A stretch of 64,000 nucleotides of DNA from Octopus vulgaris (lineage: Eukaryota). The stretch lies in contig OX597816.1 in NCBI GenBank assembly GCA_951406725.2, positions 128,588,001-128,652,000 of the forward strand, in the 5' to 3' direction. The position numbers and the translations under genes are program-made. The notes beneath the pieces are model-generated. The model was not told the DNA's origin. It was given only the letters and a program-made list of their open reading frames with translations, and searched no databases. Of the stretch, positions 49,176 through 62,821 are shown piece by piece. How positions within the stretch are numbered: position 1 is the first letter of the stretch; each line of letters starts with the position of its first letter.

Positions 49176-49191
49176 TACATATATATAAATG

Positions 49192-49360
49192 AAAAATGCA
49201 TTAAATACTACAGAGCATACATGTAGGACTGACATAAGGACCCTAATCCTTCAGTTATTGACTCAAAATACTAATACACAGTTTTGGTCAATAACTGAGG
49301 AAGGATTAGGGTCCTTGTGTCTGTCCTATATGTACCTTATGTAGTATTTAATGCATTTTT
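49192..49360. repeat. imperfect fold-back (~75-bp arms)
   Basis: AAAAATGCATTAAATACTACA...AAGGACCCTAATCCTTCAGTTATTGAC / GTCAATAACTGAGGAAGGATTAGGGTCCTT...TGTAGTATTTAATGCATTTTT. Confidence 0.9.
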
Positions 49361-49864
49361 AATTTATGGAATAACTGAACGCCATGCACCCCAACTTTGT
49401 TATACATACATATATGTATGTATGTATGTATGTACATTATATATATATAAAAATCGAAATCGAAATCTTTCAACATCAATGGAAATTGTAGCTGAGATAC
49501 CAGTGCTGGTGGCACGTAAGAGAACTGTCCGAACGTGCCTGTTGCCAGCGCCGCCCCGACTGGCCTCCATGCCAGTAGCATGTAAAAAGCACCATCCGAT
49601 TGTGGCTGTTTGCCAGCCTTGTCTGGCACCTGTGCAGGTGGCACATAAAAAGCACCCACTACACTCTCGGAGTGGTTGGCGTTAGGAAGGGCATCCAGCT
49701 GTAGAAACACTGCCAGATCAGACTGGGCCTGGTGCAGCCTTCTGGCTTCCCAGACCCCAGTTGAACCATCCAACCCATGATAGCATGGAAAACAGACGTT
49801 AAATGATGATGATGATGATGATGATGATATATATATATATACATGTATGTATGTGTGTGTGTGT

Positions 49865-49950
<86 letters not shown>

Positions 49951-50656
49951 ATATACATATATCATCATATTCTCTTCATAATCATCATCATCTGATTTTC
50001 CATGTTGGCATAGATTGTATAAGTCTTCTTGTGGCAGCATTTTACAACCAGATGCCATCCCTGGTGCCTTTCTGTATTTGGCTTATTTTCAGATATGGTT
50101 AACTGCTTAGTAATTTTAGACTACGCTTTATTAGCAATGAGTTTGTTTGAAAAATAACTGGGAGACATATGTACCTGAGGAATTTTGTTCAAGCTCCTAA
50201 TAACTCTAAGTAGAATGCAAAGACAATGTTTACAGGGGCACTACATTTCAACTGAAGGATGTATGAGAGCAAACACTATCCAAATCTCAACAAGTTAAAC
50301 ATCTAATATCAGTCAGCAAACTTTCCTAAAGCTATATGTTGTTTATTTTGTTTAGTCGTCAACTGCTAAGAAGGAGACATTGTAAATTTGTGTTTATTTG
50401 CAAAGGTTTATGAAGAAAAGCAGTGACTTTTCCATCTCACTGTTTTCCATTTGATATCTACCTATACTGTACTGCAGTACAATGTATGTCGATATGAAAT
50501 AGAAAATGAGTTACTGAGAAAATATCTACATACTCATTCACTTTGCAAGAAATTGCTACCTAATCTGCCTCAAATTACAGCCTTTCATCTTAAAAATGAA
50601 CAACAGAGAGATAATGAAGTCTTTGGTCCTAATGGTAGTCTCACAGAGTCAAAAAA

Positions 50657-50732
50657 ATTTTTTGATGAACAATTTTTTGCTGAGCAACTTTTTGCTGAGC
50701 AATTTTTTACTGAACAATTTTTTGCTGAGCAA
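50657..50732. repeat. 15-bp minisatellite (TTTTTTGCTGAGCAA-like) x5
   Basis: Gives the FFAEQ repeats in ORF 50451-50753. Confidence 0.85.
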
Positions 50733-51621
50733 CCTGTAGAAATGATTTGTTAGTAGTGATCAAATGTTTGTGCTGTACATTAGATCATTCCCACCATCAA
50801 TTTCATGTTGCCTGCTACATGTGAGGAGTTGAAGTAACCACAGAGCAATGCAAGATGAAGTGTTTGCTCAAGAATGCAATGCATCACTTGGTCCAAGAAT
50901 TGAAACCACAATCTCATGATAGTGAGTGGAACATCTTAACCACTAGGCCATGTGCACACATAGTATTAAGTATAATGTCTGAGAAAATTAAAATTAGACA
51001 GCAAGAGAATATTTGATAAATAGCTTTTCAGGGATTAAGACAGATTAGGGCTAAATAACAACTGCAGCAGAGATAATATAAATGCATTATACAGAAGCAT
51101 GTCAACCTTTTCTTTCACATGTTGACGAGTTTTCTTGGTGACTCTTGAAGAAGTGGCCTGGCTCTGATGTTCTGATGACACAGAACATCTGATGTTCTGT
51201 CTCATTTTCAGTATGTAGAAGTCTTGTGTCTGTCAAGATGTAATGCACATTATTGATCGATACGATTTCTTTTGGCTGGATGTTGTTGGCAATTTACAAC
51301 ATTAGAGCTCTAAGATGTCTGTGTATCTTCAAAATACACTAGGAATAGTATTGATATAATTTAATATGCCTGTACTATACCAAACATTGCACAGAATAGT
51401 TGAAAGAGAAATTCTCCCTTTGCATTAGTTCCATATCAACTAACAAAAGTTATACATTCTTATGCTGTCAGGTGTTGTTGTTTAGCCCCAAATCAACACC
51501 TGATCAAGCAGATCAATAATCAACACCATTTCAGGCATGGCCATTTGCACCTAATTATAGTGAATTTTGACATTAATATGCATAAGTGTTATTAGCAATA
51601 ACATGTTAATATTTTTGGTAT

Positions 51622-52560
51622 TGTGAGCTGCAAGCTGGCAGAATCATTAACACACCAGTCAAAATGCTTGGTGGCATTTCATCCATCTTTACATTCTGGA
51701 TTCAAATTATGCCAAGGTCAACTTAGACTTTCATCATTTTGGAGGTGCTAAAATAAGTACCAGCTGAGCACTGGGGTTGATATAACTGACTTACACCTGC
51801 CCCTGAGCTTGCTGGCTTTGTGCCAAAATTTGAAATCAATATTTTTGGTATCATGCAGGCACATGTCATAGAGCTCAGAGTGTTGCACTCATAATTGCAA
51901 AATTACAGATTTAATTCCCAGACTGTGTGGTGCATTTTGTTCTTGAGAAAACCACTTCATCTTAAGTTGCTCTATGATCACTTCAACATCTGATGTGTGG
52001 CTCACCATGCACCTATTCAGGCATAGTTGACTTGAATGAGGGAGTGAGATAATGTGTTGCACAAACATGTGATTACTGTCATCTGTGCAGGTTGTTCAGC
52101 AAGAAATTGCAGAACAATCTTTCACAAGCTCTAAGAGATTACCTTGCATATATTCTTGATGTAGAAGGTATACTAGGGGAGCAAGCTGTTAGAATCATTA
52201 CCATGCTGGGCAAAATGCTTACTAGCTTTTCATCCATCTTTATGTTATCACTTCAAATTCCACCAAGGTCAACTTTGCCTTTCATTCTTTTGGGGATTGA
52301 TAGAATAAGTACCATCTGAGCACTAGGGTGAATGTAATCAATAAGCTTCCTCTCTCAAAATTGTTGGTCTTGTGCCAAAGTTTGAAACCATTATGTACAG
52401 GGTGTATTAGAACCAAGGATGCTGGCTTCAGATTTTGGCACAAGGCCAGCAAGTTTGGGGTAGGAATTAAGTTGATTACATCAACCCCAGTGTTCAACTG
52501 GTACTTATTTTATCAACCCCGAAAGGACGAAAGGAAAAGTCAACGTTGGCAGAATTTGAC
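51622..52560. mobile_element. SINE cluster (family B + with AATATTTTTGGTAT TSD, family C +, family B +, family B -)
   Basis: Matches to other copies; TSD at 51608-51621 and 51838-51851. Confidence 0.75.
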
Positions 52561-52679
52561 ATTAGCACTGCATTTCTATCCCTTTGCATCCGCTATGAGA
52601 AAGATAAAGTCATTGTCTAGGCCCACTTTCTACTTTTGTACAGAAATATCATCAATTTATTAATAATAAATATTCATAA

Positions 52680-53081
52680 GGTGGTGAGCTGGCAGAAACG
52701 TTAGCACACCAGGTGAAATGCTTAGCAGTATTTCATCTGTTTTTTTACATTCTGAGTTCAAATTCTGCTAAGGTCGACTTTGCCTTTCATCCTTTTGGGG
52801 TTGATAAATTAAGTACCAGTTTCGCACTTGCGTGGATGTAATCGACTTAATCCATTTGTCTGTCCTTGTTTGTCCCCTCTGTGTGTAGCCACTTGTGGGT
52901 AGTAAAGAAATAGGTATTTCGTCTGTCTTTACATTCTGAGTTTAAATTCTGCTAAGGTCGACTTTGCCTTTCATCATTTCAGGGTCGATAAATTAAGTAC
53001 CAGTTACTTACTGGGGCTGATCTAATCGACTGGCCCCACTCTCCCCACAAAATTTCGGTCCTTGTGCCTAGAGTAGAAAAG
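52680..53081 (+). mobile_element. dimeric family B SINE with 18-bp TSD
   Basis: AATAATAAATATTCATAA at 52662-52679 and 53082-53099; body GTATTTC.TCTG...AAGTACCAGTT occurs twice. Confidence 0.85.
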
Positions 53082-53821
53082 AATAATAAATATTCATAAC
53101 TTTCTTGATTTCTGTAGAGTTATTTGAGATTTCATTGATGATTCATACCAAATAAACTGATTGCCTTAATACATAATGAGAAGCTCTCTAAGGATATTGC
53201 CTTTATTTTACGAATTAATCGGAGGAAGAAATCAGTGTTCATGACTTTTACAGGCCCTCCAGAGTCAGTGAGAATGACAAAACTAATGACTGCATAGCCT
53301 GCTACTCAATGACTGCAAGAAAACCAAGGACTGGATCTGGCATTGTTGTTATGTAGATGAAATTCTCAGAAAACGCATTTAAATTCTGAAGTGGTAATGG
53401 TATTTCTGAGGTTTCCTGTCAATGCCATCACTTTCTAGAAGTTAGAAGCAGAAGTTCTTTGCTACAATGATAACAAAATACTTCTGTTATTTATGTGGCT
53501 CTGCAATGACTTTCTAGTGATTGTGTGATAGTGTTTTGTTGCTTTTTTTAAAAATTTTATTTTTTGTGTGATTAACTTTATAGTATTCATCGTCTGACAG
53601 TCAAAAAACTGGAATATGCATCCAAGATGAATTATGCATAGAAAATCATGAGAGAAGCAGAAGAAATTTAACAAGTAAAATACTTTTATGAAGAATTTTG
53701 GTTATTTTTATGCAACACCACTTTTCAACATATTGTCAGACTGAAGACTACTTTGGTTAGTATAAGAAGAAGCAACATAGATAGCCTAACACGTTATGCA
53801 TTGAGAACATACTGTAAAAAC

Positions 53822-53881
<60 letters not shown>

Positions 53882-54108
53882 TATATATCTATGTAAATAC
53901 ATATATGTACATGTATTCATACATACATACATGTATATATATGTATGTACATATATATATATACACACACACACATATGTATATAAAATATATATAAACA
54001 TATGTATATATATATAGGCATATATATCTATATATATTTATACATACATGTATACATATAAATATACATACAAGCATTTATTTATATATATGCATATAGA
54101 CCCACACA

Positions 54109-54174
<66 letters not shown>

Positions 54175-54999
54175 CATGTGTGTGTGAGCACATGAACATG
54201 CACATGTGCACTTGTGTGTTCTGACAATGTGAATTACATAAGAATATTTTGAACTTTGATATATTTGATATAATCAATACAGAAAAATCTGCAAACGTGT
54301 GTGGCAATTCACAATGCAGACAATCCATTTACTGTTTGTTTTCGATTGGAAACTAAGAGAATAATCTTTCCGGAAGAATTGTAGCTAATGTGTAAAACAC
54401 CAATTTACAAATTGTCAACTATATTTTTGCATATGATGATCTTCTTTATATGACTAGAAGAAATGAATAAGAATTGGTTAAACAGAATATCAGAATATAG
54501 TATGTAATAGATATGAATGTGTGTGTGTGTATGTGTGTATGTGTGTTTTATTTTATTTTATTTTATTTTACTCATGAGTTAATCTATATTTTTGTTTTCT
54601 TTATATGTTAGCAGGTTAGAATTTGAGTGAGTTATCAATGGGGATTTCACGTAAGTCTAGAAGTAAATTAGTTCTGACATTTCATGATAGAGTTACCACT
54701 TGAGATTACTTTAATTTTCTTTTAATGTCATAAATAAATAATACCTTCTTAAAGTAAAATATATAAATTATTGCCAATATAATTTTTCTTTTCTACAGAT
54801 AATCCAGATAGAATTGTCATAAATACAATACTGATTCAGACAATAACATTTTAAGTGTGTATATCATTTCTTTGATTCTATGTTTATATGCATATATATA
54901 TATATATGTATGTATGTGTGTGTGTATGTATGTATGTATGTATGTATGTATGTATGTATGTATGTATGTATGTATGTATGTATGTGTGTATATAGTATT

Positions 55000-55565
55000 A
55001 TGTTATGTCAGGTCACTTTCGAGTGCTACTGGTAACATGTAACCCAATACAACCTGTAGCATGGTCGGGTCATCGGCGACTAAACCGGCAACCTCACCAA
55101 GCTTGCTTGGTGAGGAGGGTGTTAACTGGACACCCTGCGGGATGAAAAACAAAACCCTTCAAAGGGCAGAGGAAGTCTTGAGAGTCAACAGCCATCCAAC
55201 CAATAAATGTCTTAAGGCTGTATCATGTGCGGGGACATAGAAATAATTGGACTGAATACCCGATCGTGCGGTTAAACCATTGGGAGTGAAGGACTCCTAG
55301 CCTTTGTTAGGGCATCGTTCTAGGAGAAGGTAACTCAGGTAACTGGGATAACTCCAACATAAAACCTGCAGCTCAGTGGTTACCGATGATGTTGACTTGT
55401 TCTTCTTTTCGGATTATGGCTGCTGTTGCTTAGTGAGTGAGATTGACTCAGTACACAGCCTTTTCTCACTTTAAAAAAAATCTTCTTGCACAGGCATTGC
55501 ACGATAACAACATTGATTAAGCTTCATGCAATGGCCATACTCGATAACAAGGGGGCAGCCACCAT
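55000..55565 (+). mobile_element. GC-richer interspersed repeat resembling an RTE 5' UTR
   Basis: Blocks such as GGCAACC, AAAAACAAAACC and CTAGGAGAAGGTAACTC; bracketed by (TATG)n; recognised by eye only. Confidence 0.45.
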
Positions 55566-56222
55566 GTGAGTTTGTATGTATGTATGTACGTATGTATATA
55601 CGTATGCAGGCATGTATGTATGTATGTATGTATGTATGTATATGACTGGGTGGCTAACCCTTCCAGGGTTCATTCCTACTGGCTTGGTACTTGGGCAAAT
55701 ATCTTCGAGTGCAGTTTTACTTGCCCAAAAATTTTTTGAAATTAAGCTTGATACAAATTGTGAGTGCTTGTCAAATGTGTGTCTGTATGTGTATACATAC
55801 ACACACACACGCATGCACATATATACGGTGGAGGTGCATAGCTTAGTGGTTAGGTAAGATTATGGTTTTGATTCCTGGACTGGGTGACACAGTCTGTTCT
55901 TGAGCAAAGTACTTCATTTCATGTTGCTCCAGTCCACTCAGCTAGCAAAAATGAGGGAAACATTTTCTCTATGGTAAATGCAGTGAATTTCCGTTTTAGC
56001 AATTGAAATAATGTCACAAACATATTTTAACTAACCTAAACTTTGCTTAAGTCTAAACACTGCTTGATGCTAATATTTTCTTATATATATATATAAAAGA
56101 AATAATTGAGATTCAATTGAATTAGTCATTTAAGTTGAAGCACCAAGCCAGTCCAGTATTATCCACACAGCCCTAAGGAAGGTGAATAAAATCAAAATAA
56201 GTAACAGGATATCAAATAGTGA

Positions 56223-56308
56223 TGTAGTATGACTGTTTCAAGTGGCTCCATTTAATTTAACAATGCAATCATAATATCAATTTAAATGCAGTGCCATCTT
56301 CAGCTGCA
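56223..56308 (-). ncRNA. type-I hammerhead motif (C3-G8) with long AU-rich stem II, partly decayed
   Basis: ugcag-CUGAAGA-uggc..auuuaaauuga..uaaauuaaau..gcca-cuu-GAAA-caguca-UA-cuaca; element ends at (TA)n ~56090. Confidence 0.5.
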
Positions 56309-57134
56309 CAAATAAATGGAATTTTAACAAGTAGGACACATTCATATAATTTTTCTCAAATATTTTAACACACCAAGAAGGTGTTGTTGATATGTTTATA
56401 TATATACAATGAGCTTCTTTCAGCTTCCACTTACCAGATCCACTCACAAGGCTTTGGTTGGCCCAAGGCTATAGTAGAAAAGACTTGCCTCAGATGTCAA
56501 ACTGTGGGACTAAACCCAAAATCATGTGGTTGGAAAGCAAGATTCATACCACTGCCACATATGCAAAAGACATTTGTTTACAACAGTTTCCATCACATAA
56601 AGATAATTGAAATGAGGATGATAGGCTCATACTTAGTAAAGTTATGCACTCATATTTTCTTTTAGATATCACATTTTTGTTGAGAGAAGGCAAGAGCCAT
56701 CTGAAGAAGTCACAATTTGAGAGTGATGGCATGTACACCAGCAATACTGATTTCTGTTGTTCAGCTGAAGGAAGCTTTCAGTTTATGTCTGAATATTTGT
56801 CAGTTACATAACATTTTATTATTGATATGTGTGTTTAGAATGAAGACACAAATCAATGTCAGCTGTAGATATTAAACACATGGCAATAGTGCCATGAATT
56901 TAGCACTTTAATAACTCATACTGAGTTATCATGACTTGGCCAAACATATAATAAAATAGCCATAGAAGAATATGAACTCATATTTCAAGAGAAAATAGAT
57001 TCATATCTTTTCCATTTGCCACTTCACCTCAGAGTTCTCTCCCTCTCTTTTTCTCTCTTTTTCTCTCTCCCCTTCTTTCTCTCTCACTTGCTCTTCTCTT
57101 CTTCTCTTTTCTCTCTCTCACTCTTTCAGATATA

Positions 57135-57186
<52 letters not shown>

Positions 57187-57229
57187 TAGATAGATAGACA
57201 GATAGATCGATATATATATACATATATAT

Positions 57230-57463
57230 ATATTTCTTTACTACCCACAAGGGGCTAAACACAGAGGAGACAAACAAGGATAGACAAACGGATTAAGTCA
57301 ATTACATCGACCCCAGTGCGTAACTGGTACTTAATTTATTGACCCCAGAAGAATGAAAGGCAAAGTCGACCTCGGCGGAATTTGAACACGGAATGTAATG
57401 GCAGACGAAATACGGCAACGCATTTCACCCGGCGTGCTAACGTTCCTGCCAGCTCACCGCCTT
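57230..57463 (-). mobile_element. young family B SINE
   Basis: Reverse complement of GGCGGTGAGCTGGCAGGAACGTTAGCACGCCGGGTGAAATG...; CpGs intact; further copies at ~59320-59512(-) and 62465-62668(+). Confidence 0.85.
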
Positions 57464-57469
57464 GAGATC

Positions 57470-58089
57470 TGGTGCATTATAATCCTGAAAGATTGTTTCC
57501 CTCCGGAAACAGTTCTGCAACCATAGGATGAATTTGATCAGATAAAATGCTTAAATAGACTTGACTATTAATTCTGCCATGAAGGGAAACCATTGCGCTG
57601 GTGGATTTCCAAGACATAGCCCTCACCCCAGATCATCACAGATCCTCCTCCATGTTTAACAGTTGGAAGAAGCCAGTATGGGTCAAATTCTTCTTTTGGC
57701 TGTCTCCTCATGTATACTTGGCCAGTGGTTGCGAAGCATTTAGAGTTGGGTAAAAACCTATAGAATTGGTCCCTAGAGCAGTGGAAGAATGTTATTTTCT
57801 TGGATGAGTCATCCTTTACCTTATTTCCAACCACCGGCCAAGTATACATGAGGAGACAGCCAAAAGAAGAATTTGACCCATACTGGCTTCTTCCAACTGT
57901 TAAACATGGAGGAGGATCTGTGATGATCTGGGGTGAGGGCTATGTCTTGGAAATCCACCAGCGCAATGGTTTCCCTTCATGGCAGAATTAATAGTCAAGT
58001 CTATTTAAGCATTTTATCTGATCAAATTCATCCTATGGTTGCAGAACTGTTTCCGGAGGGAAACAATCTTTCAGGATGATAATGCACCA
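57470..58089. repeat. inverted duplication of Tc1 transposase sequence (~262-bp arms, ~96-bp spacer)
   Basis: 57470-57731 is the reverse complement of 57828-58089 with about 2 mismatches seen; ORFs 57568(-) and 57800(+) share an identical peptide. Confidence 0.95.
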
Positions 58090-58435
58090 ATTCACACAAC
58101 TAAAGTTGTTACTGGATGGCACGAGGAATATTCTTGTGAAGTTGAATATCTTATCTGGCCACCACAGTCCCCAGATCTCAATATTATTGAACATTTATGG
58201 TGCATTTTAGAAAAACATGTAAGGAGTCGATATACTCTACCATCATCACTACAAGAACTGGAGGTTGTTTTAGCTGAAGAATGGACAAAAATTCCTTTGG
58301 AAACAATTCAAACTTTGTACGAGTCCATACCTCATAGAATTCAAGCTGTAATTACTGCCAAAGGTGGTCCTACCCTATATTGAAATAAATTTGTTTAAAA
58401 TTTTAAGGGGTTTCCATTATTTTGTCCAACCCTTG
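57732..58435 (+). mobile_element. 3' half of a defective Tc1-like transposon
   Basis: WKNVIFLDES, TVKHGGGSVMIWG, FQDDNAPIH, WPPQSPDLNIIEHLW, AKGGPT; 3' TIR TTCCATTATTTTGTCCAACCCTTG then TA. Confidence 0.9.
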
Positions 58436-60454
58436 TATATATATATATATCAATACATATGCCAACCCATGTTCCCATGGAAGATGGAAGTTAAATGATG
58501 AAGAGGATGTTGATTAATATACATACATTAGATTATAACTTAGTTTTCCAACAACAGCATTGTTAAAGATGGATCGACACTGATTCTCACCTGACTTTTG
58601 GCCCCAAGACCATTGTCAGCCACACCTTGGTAATTGTTTCTGTTTGTAGGCTACACTTAGTGAGGGACTGAATGCTAGGCATCGACAAACATTTCTAAGG
58701 CTCATTGAAATGTCATAATAGACAAACAAACAAGTATATATATACAAATATATGCATATATACAAATATACAGATATATACATGTATATGTATATATACC
58801 CTCGCATAGTTGCCCAAGGCAGGGCATAGGAAAAAAAACACATTCAGTATAAAGTGACAGAGTAGGTATGTTATTAATACAGCATTATAAGCTAAGCATT
58901 GTAAAGAGGCAAAATTTTACCTGATGGTTTCATATGAAATTAGGTTTGCCTAAAAGTAAAGAATAATTTGATAATAATCAGGCCTGTACTGGCTTGGATT
59001 TTTGGCACTGAAATGTCAAAAGAAAACATCTGGTTAATAAATCAAGGAAACCTTGTCATATACACTTATATCTTTATTCACAAGCAAGAAGTTCATTTGA
59101 CCAAACAACTGAATCCTCATCACTGAATGATGGAAATCTACTACCAACACATCTAAATGTGTGTGTGTGTGTGTGCATGTGTGTGTGTGCACGCACACAC
59201 ACACATGCATATGAACATGAATGACTGTGTAGTTAAGAAATTTTCTCTGCAAACACAAGATCTTAAGTTCAGTCCCACAGAGCAACACATTGGACACTTG
59301 CCTGCTACTACTGATTTCAATATTTTGGCACAAGGCCAGCAATTTCAGAGAAGGAGTACATTGATTACATCGGCTATAGTATGCAGCTGGTACTTATTTC
59401 ATCGACTCTGAAAAGATGAAGGGCAAAGTTGACTTCAGCAGAATTTGAACACAGAACGTAAAGATGGAGAAAATGCTGTCCAGTGTGCTAATGATTCTGC
59501 CAGCTCACTGCCTGAATTATATTCTACTATTGCCAAAAGCCATCCAATGCTTTGTGGATGAAATTAGTAGAAGGAAAGTGCAAGGAATCTTGTGTATGAA
59601 TGTGTCTTTGTATGTATGTGTGAGTGTATGTGTGTTTGTGCATGAAAGCTAATATTTCTGTTCTTTCATGACTGTCTGAGGGGAAGAAAACAGTGTTGCC
59701 ATGCTTACATTTCTGGTAAACCTTACGTTCCACAGGTCTGCATTTTAAAGTGGTGAAATGATATCTCCATGACATGTAAAACATAAAAAGGTTATTGACC
59801 AGAATAGCATCAAGGTGTAAAAATACTGCCTCAGATAAATTTCTACTGAACCAATGCCATCATACAAAGAAAATGAATATAGAACTTTTTATTGTGACCA
59901 CATATATTTAATTCAGACATGATGTTGGGGTTCTTATTTAGATATAAAGATGCTTCACTTCAGATATTTAGGACTGAACTCTTATTACACATATATTTAG
60001 TCGAGACTAAAACCAATAAAATGGCATCCAACTGATAGCCTTCCTTTACTAACATGATAGCAACTAGCTTTCTTACCCTTTGTATTTTCATGGGCAAAAA
60101 ATTGGTGAAATTATCATAGCATTGGATAGAATGCTTTGTGATGTACATTTTTGGTTTTCCATTCAAATTTGAACTCCAGTTCAAGTCATGCTGAGATCAT
60201 TTTTGCCTTTGATCCATTGATCTTTTCATACTTGCTAAATACAATACCATTCCAAGGTAATATTGTATTTGGCAAGTCTGAGATGTAGAATTGTTAAGGG
60301 TTCAAATAAAATACCTTGTAGAATCTTTTCTGGCACTTTCACTATATATATAGTACGGAATTTTGTATATATATATATATTTATATATATAAAATATAAA
60401 TTAGAGATAAAATTAGATATATATATATATACATATATATAAGCAGCATGGAAT

Positions 60455-60505
60455 TTTGTCAGTGAACAGGTCACAGTCTAAAAGGGACGAAAATATTTTG
60501 GCAAA
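60455..60505 (+). ncRNA. hammerhead-like motif with G3-C8 core, copy A (stem II partly decayed)
   Basis: uuuguca-GUGAACA-g-gucac..gggac-GAAA-auau-UU-uggcaaa. Confidence 0.55.
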
Positions 60506-60618
60506 TTAAATTTAAATGTTGAAGTGTGTTTTTAAATGGCTTATAATTCCACGCTGCAATTGTTTTTGTTTAAGCACACAATCTCAGATAAGGTCACTTG
60601 CTATGCAAGTACATCTCC

Positions 60619-60649
<31 letters not shown>

Positions 60650-60746
60650 TACGGAGATGTACTCGCATAGCAAGTGATTTGATCTGAGATCGTGTGTGCT
60701 GAAACGAAAACAATTGCAGCGTGGAAGGTGTTTGTAAGCACGGAAT

Positions 60747-60796
60747 TTTGTCAGTGAACAGGTCGCGGATTTTAGCGACGAAAATATTTTGACAAA
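60747..60796 (+). ncRNA. hammerhead-like motif with G3-C8 core, copy B (intact)
   Basis: uuuguca-GUGAACA-g-gucgc/ggauuuua/gcgac-GAAA-auau-UU-ugacaaa; 7-bp stem I, 5-bp stem II, palindromic stem III AAUAUU. Confidence 0.72.
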
Positions 60797-62667
60797 TTAA
60801 ACTTAAATGTTGAAGTGAATCGAACGGCTTTTGGGTGTTTCTTAAATGGCTTACAAACACCTTCCAAGCTGCAATTGTATATACATATATATATCTTCAC
60901 TGTATCTTCAATTTTACTACAAACACTCCTGTAATTGGAACCAAAAGCAGTAAATATGACAAATGAAGATAGCAATATGAGTTTAACCAAATCATCATCA
61001 TCATCATCATCATTATCATTATCATCATCATCATCATCCTTTAACGTCCATTTCCCATGCTAGCATGGATTGGATAGTTTGACCAGAGTTGGCAAGCTGG
61101 GAAACTGCTTCCAGTTCCGGTCTGATTTGGTTTGGTTTATACACCTGGATGCTCTTCCTAAAGCCAACCACTTTACAGCATGTGTTGGGTACTTTTAACA
61201 TGACACCAGCATGAGTGCTTTCATCTGGTGTTGGCACAAGTGCTTTTTACTTCACACCAGGAGGAATGAAAATTGATGGCAAGAAGTTAGCATTAATAAA
61301 AGGTGTCCAACATATATTGAAGTCTCCTTTTTTTCATTTTCTGAGATCCAAATTGAAAAGTGAGGATAAAATCCTTGCACATTTAGATTTATTGACGTTG
61401 GTTTGAGTCTGTATTTTTTAGGTTTTAACATCCTTAAAAATAAAAAACTATATGTATTATGATTTAGTATTTTTTTTTAGGGATCTTTGAAAATATCAAA
61501 ATTTGAAAATATTCTACTTTACGCATTGTTTACTTCACAATAATATTTACATTAAATTATTCTAATTTTATTTTTCATTTTACTTTGATACATACAAAAT
61601 ATAGTAACTTCTTTAGACTCCCTTCTTATATCAAAGTTCCTTCATGTTTTACATCATTTTGTACAAAAGATTTTTTGAAAAATATCCACACTGATTCACA
61701 CTATTCACTAGAAAACGACATTAGTTTATTATTTATTTTGTATTAAAGAATTATGCTTCATTTAAAACTAAAAATAAAAGTAAACATTTCAATCTTCAGA
61801 AGGTTTTATATATTTCTATGAATTGCAAGTAGATCAACTGAATGTAAACTGATTAGTAGACATTGTTACGTATTTTAAATCTTATTTACACACAGTTTCA
61901 CCCAAAAGGTCTTGGGATATGTTAGTAGTATCTGACCTGTTTATAGTATAGTGTAGTAATACAGCTCTGTCTGAAAATGATGTCATTCACAGTCAGTCAT
62001 TTTGCAGACAGAAAATAAATAGTTTATGTTTAGATTTTGTCTGTGGATGAACAATGCATTTGTGTTTGAACAAGCAGATAAAAACTAATAAAAGCTTATA
62101 AACATCACCATTCAAAATATCACATTCCTTTATTTTTGTGATACTTCCATGAGTCTGAAATGATGTTTTTAGCCTTTGTGTCTTCCCTTGTTAATTTTCT
62201 TCATTTCCCACAACCCTCATGAGTGAACTAACTTGTTTACATGTGTCTTCTAGATCTGATCTTTGACTCCTGACTCTATTCTAATCCTTATTTACTATTA
62301 TATAACTGTTCATCTCTCAGTTCTCAACGGCCATTTGCTTTCCCCATTCATAACTGTACCTCTGAAGCTTGCACATCTCCTTCTTTTACTGCCCCTGTCA
62401 TTTCCTTTCTCCCTCTGTATGTTTGCTCATCATCATCATCATCATAAATATATCATTATTATTATGAGCTGGCTGAATCGTTAGCCTGCCAAGCAAAATG
62501 CTAAGCAACTTTTCCATCCAGCTGCACATTCTGAGTTCAAATTCTGCCAAGATCAACTTTGTCTTAAGACTTTGTCTTAAAATAAGCATCAGTTTTGCAC
62601 TGGGGTCGATGTAATCAACTAGCCCCTCAACCCCAAATTTTCAGACCTTGAACCTTTAGAAGAAAGG

Positions 62668-62724
<57 letters not shown>

Positions 62725-62755
62725 TTTATTATTTATTTATTATTTATTATTATTA

Positions 62756-62821
<66 letters not shown>

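Larger units (their letters stand above)
60443..60877. mobile_element. direct-inverted-direct cluster of a short hammerhead-bearing element in (TA)n
   Basis: Copy 60443-60622 (+), (TA)n, inverted 3' part 60647-60739, second copy 60740-60877 (+). Confidence 0.8.

Noticed and set aside
50451-50753. 100-aa ORF with FFAEQ repeats
   Set aside because: TTG start, repeat explained by a 15-bp minisatellite, no homology recognised
53100-53470. Unique, moderately GC-richer block with acceptor-like sites on both strands
   Set aside because: Early stops in all three minus-strand frames after the acceptor and no long plus-strand ORF in the track; could be a non-coding exon but unsupported
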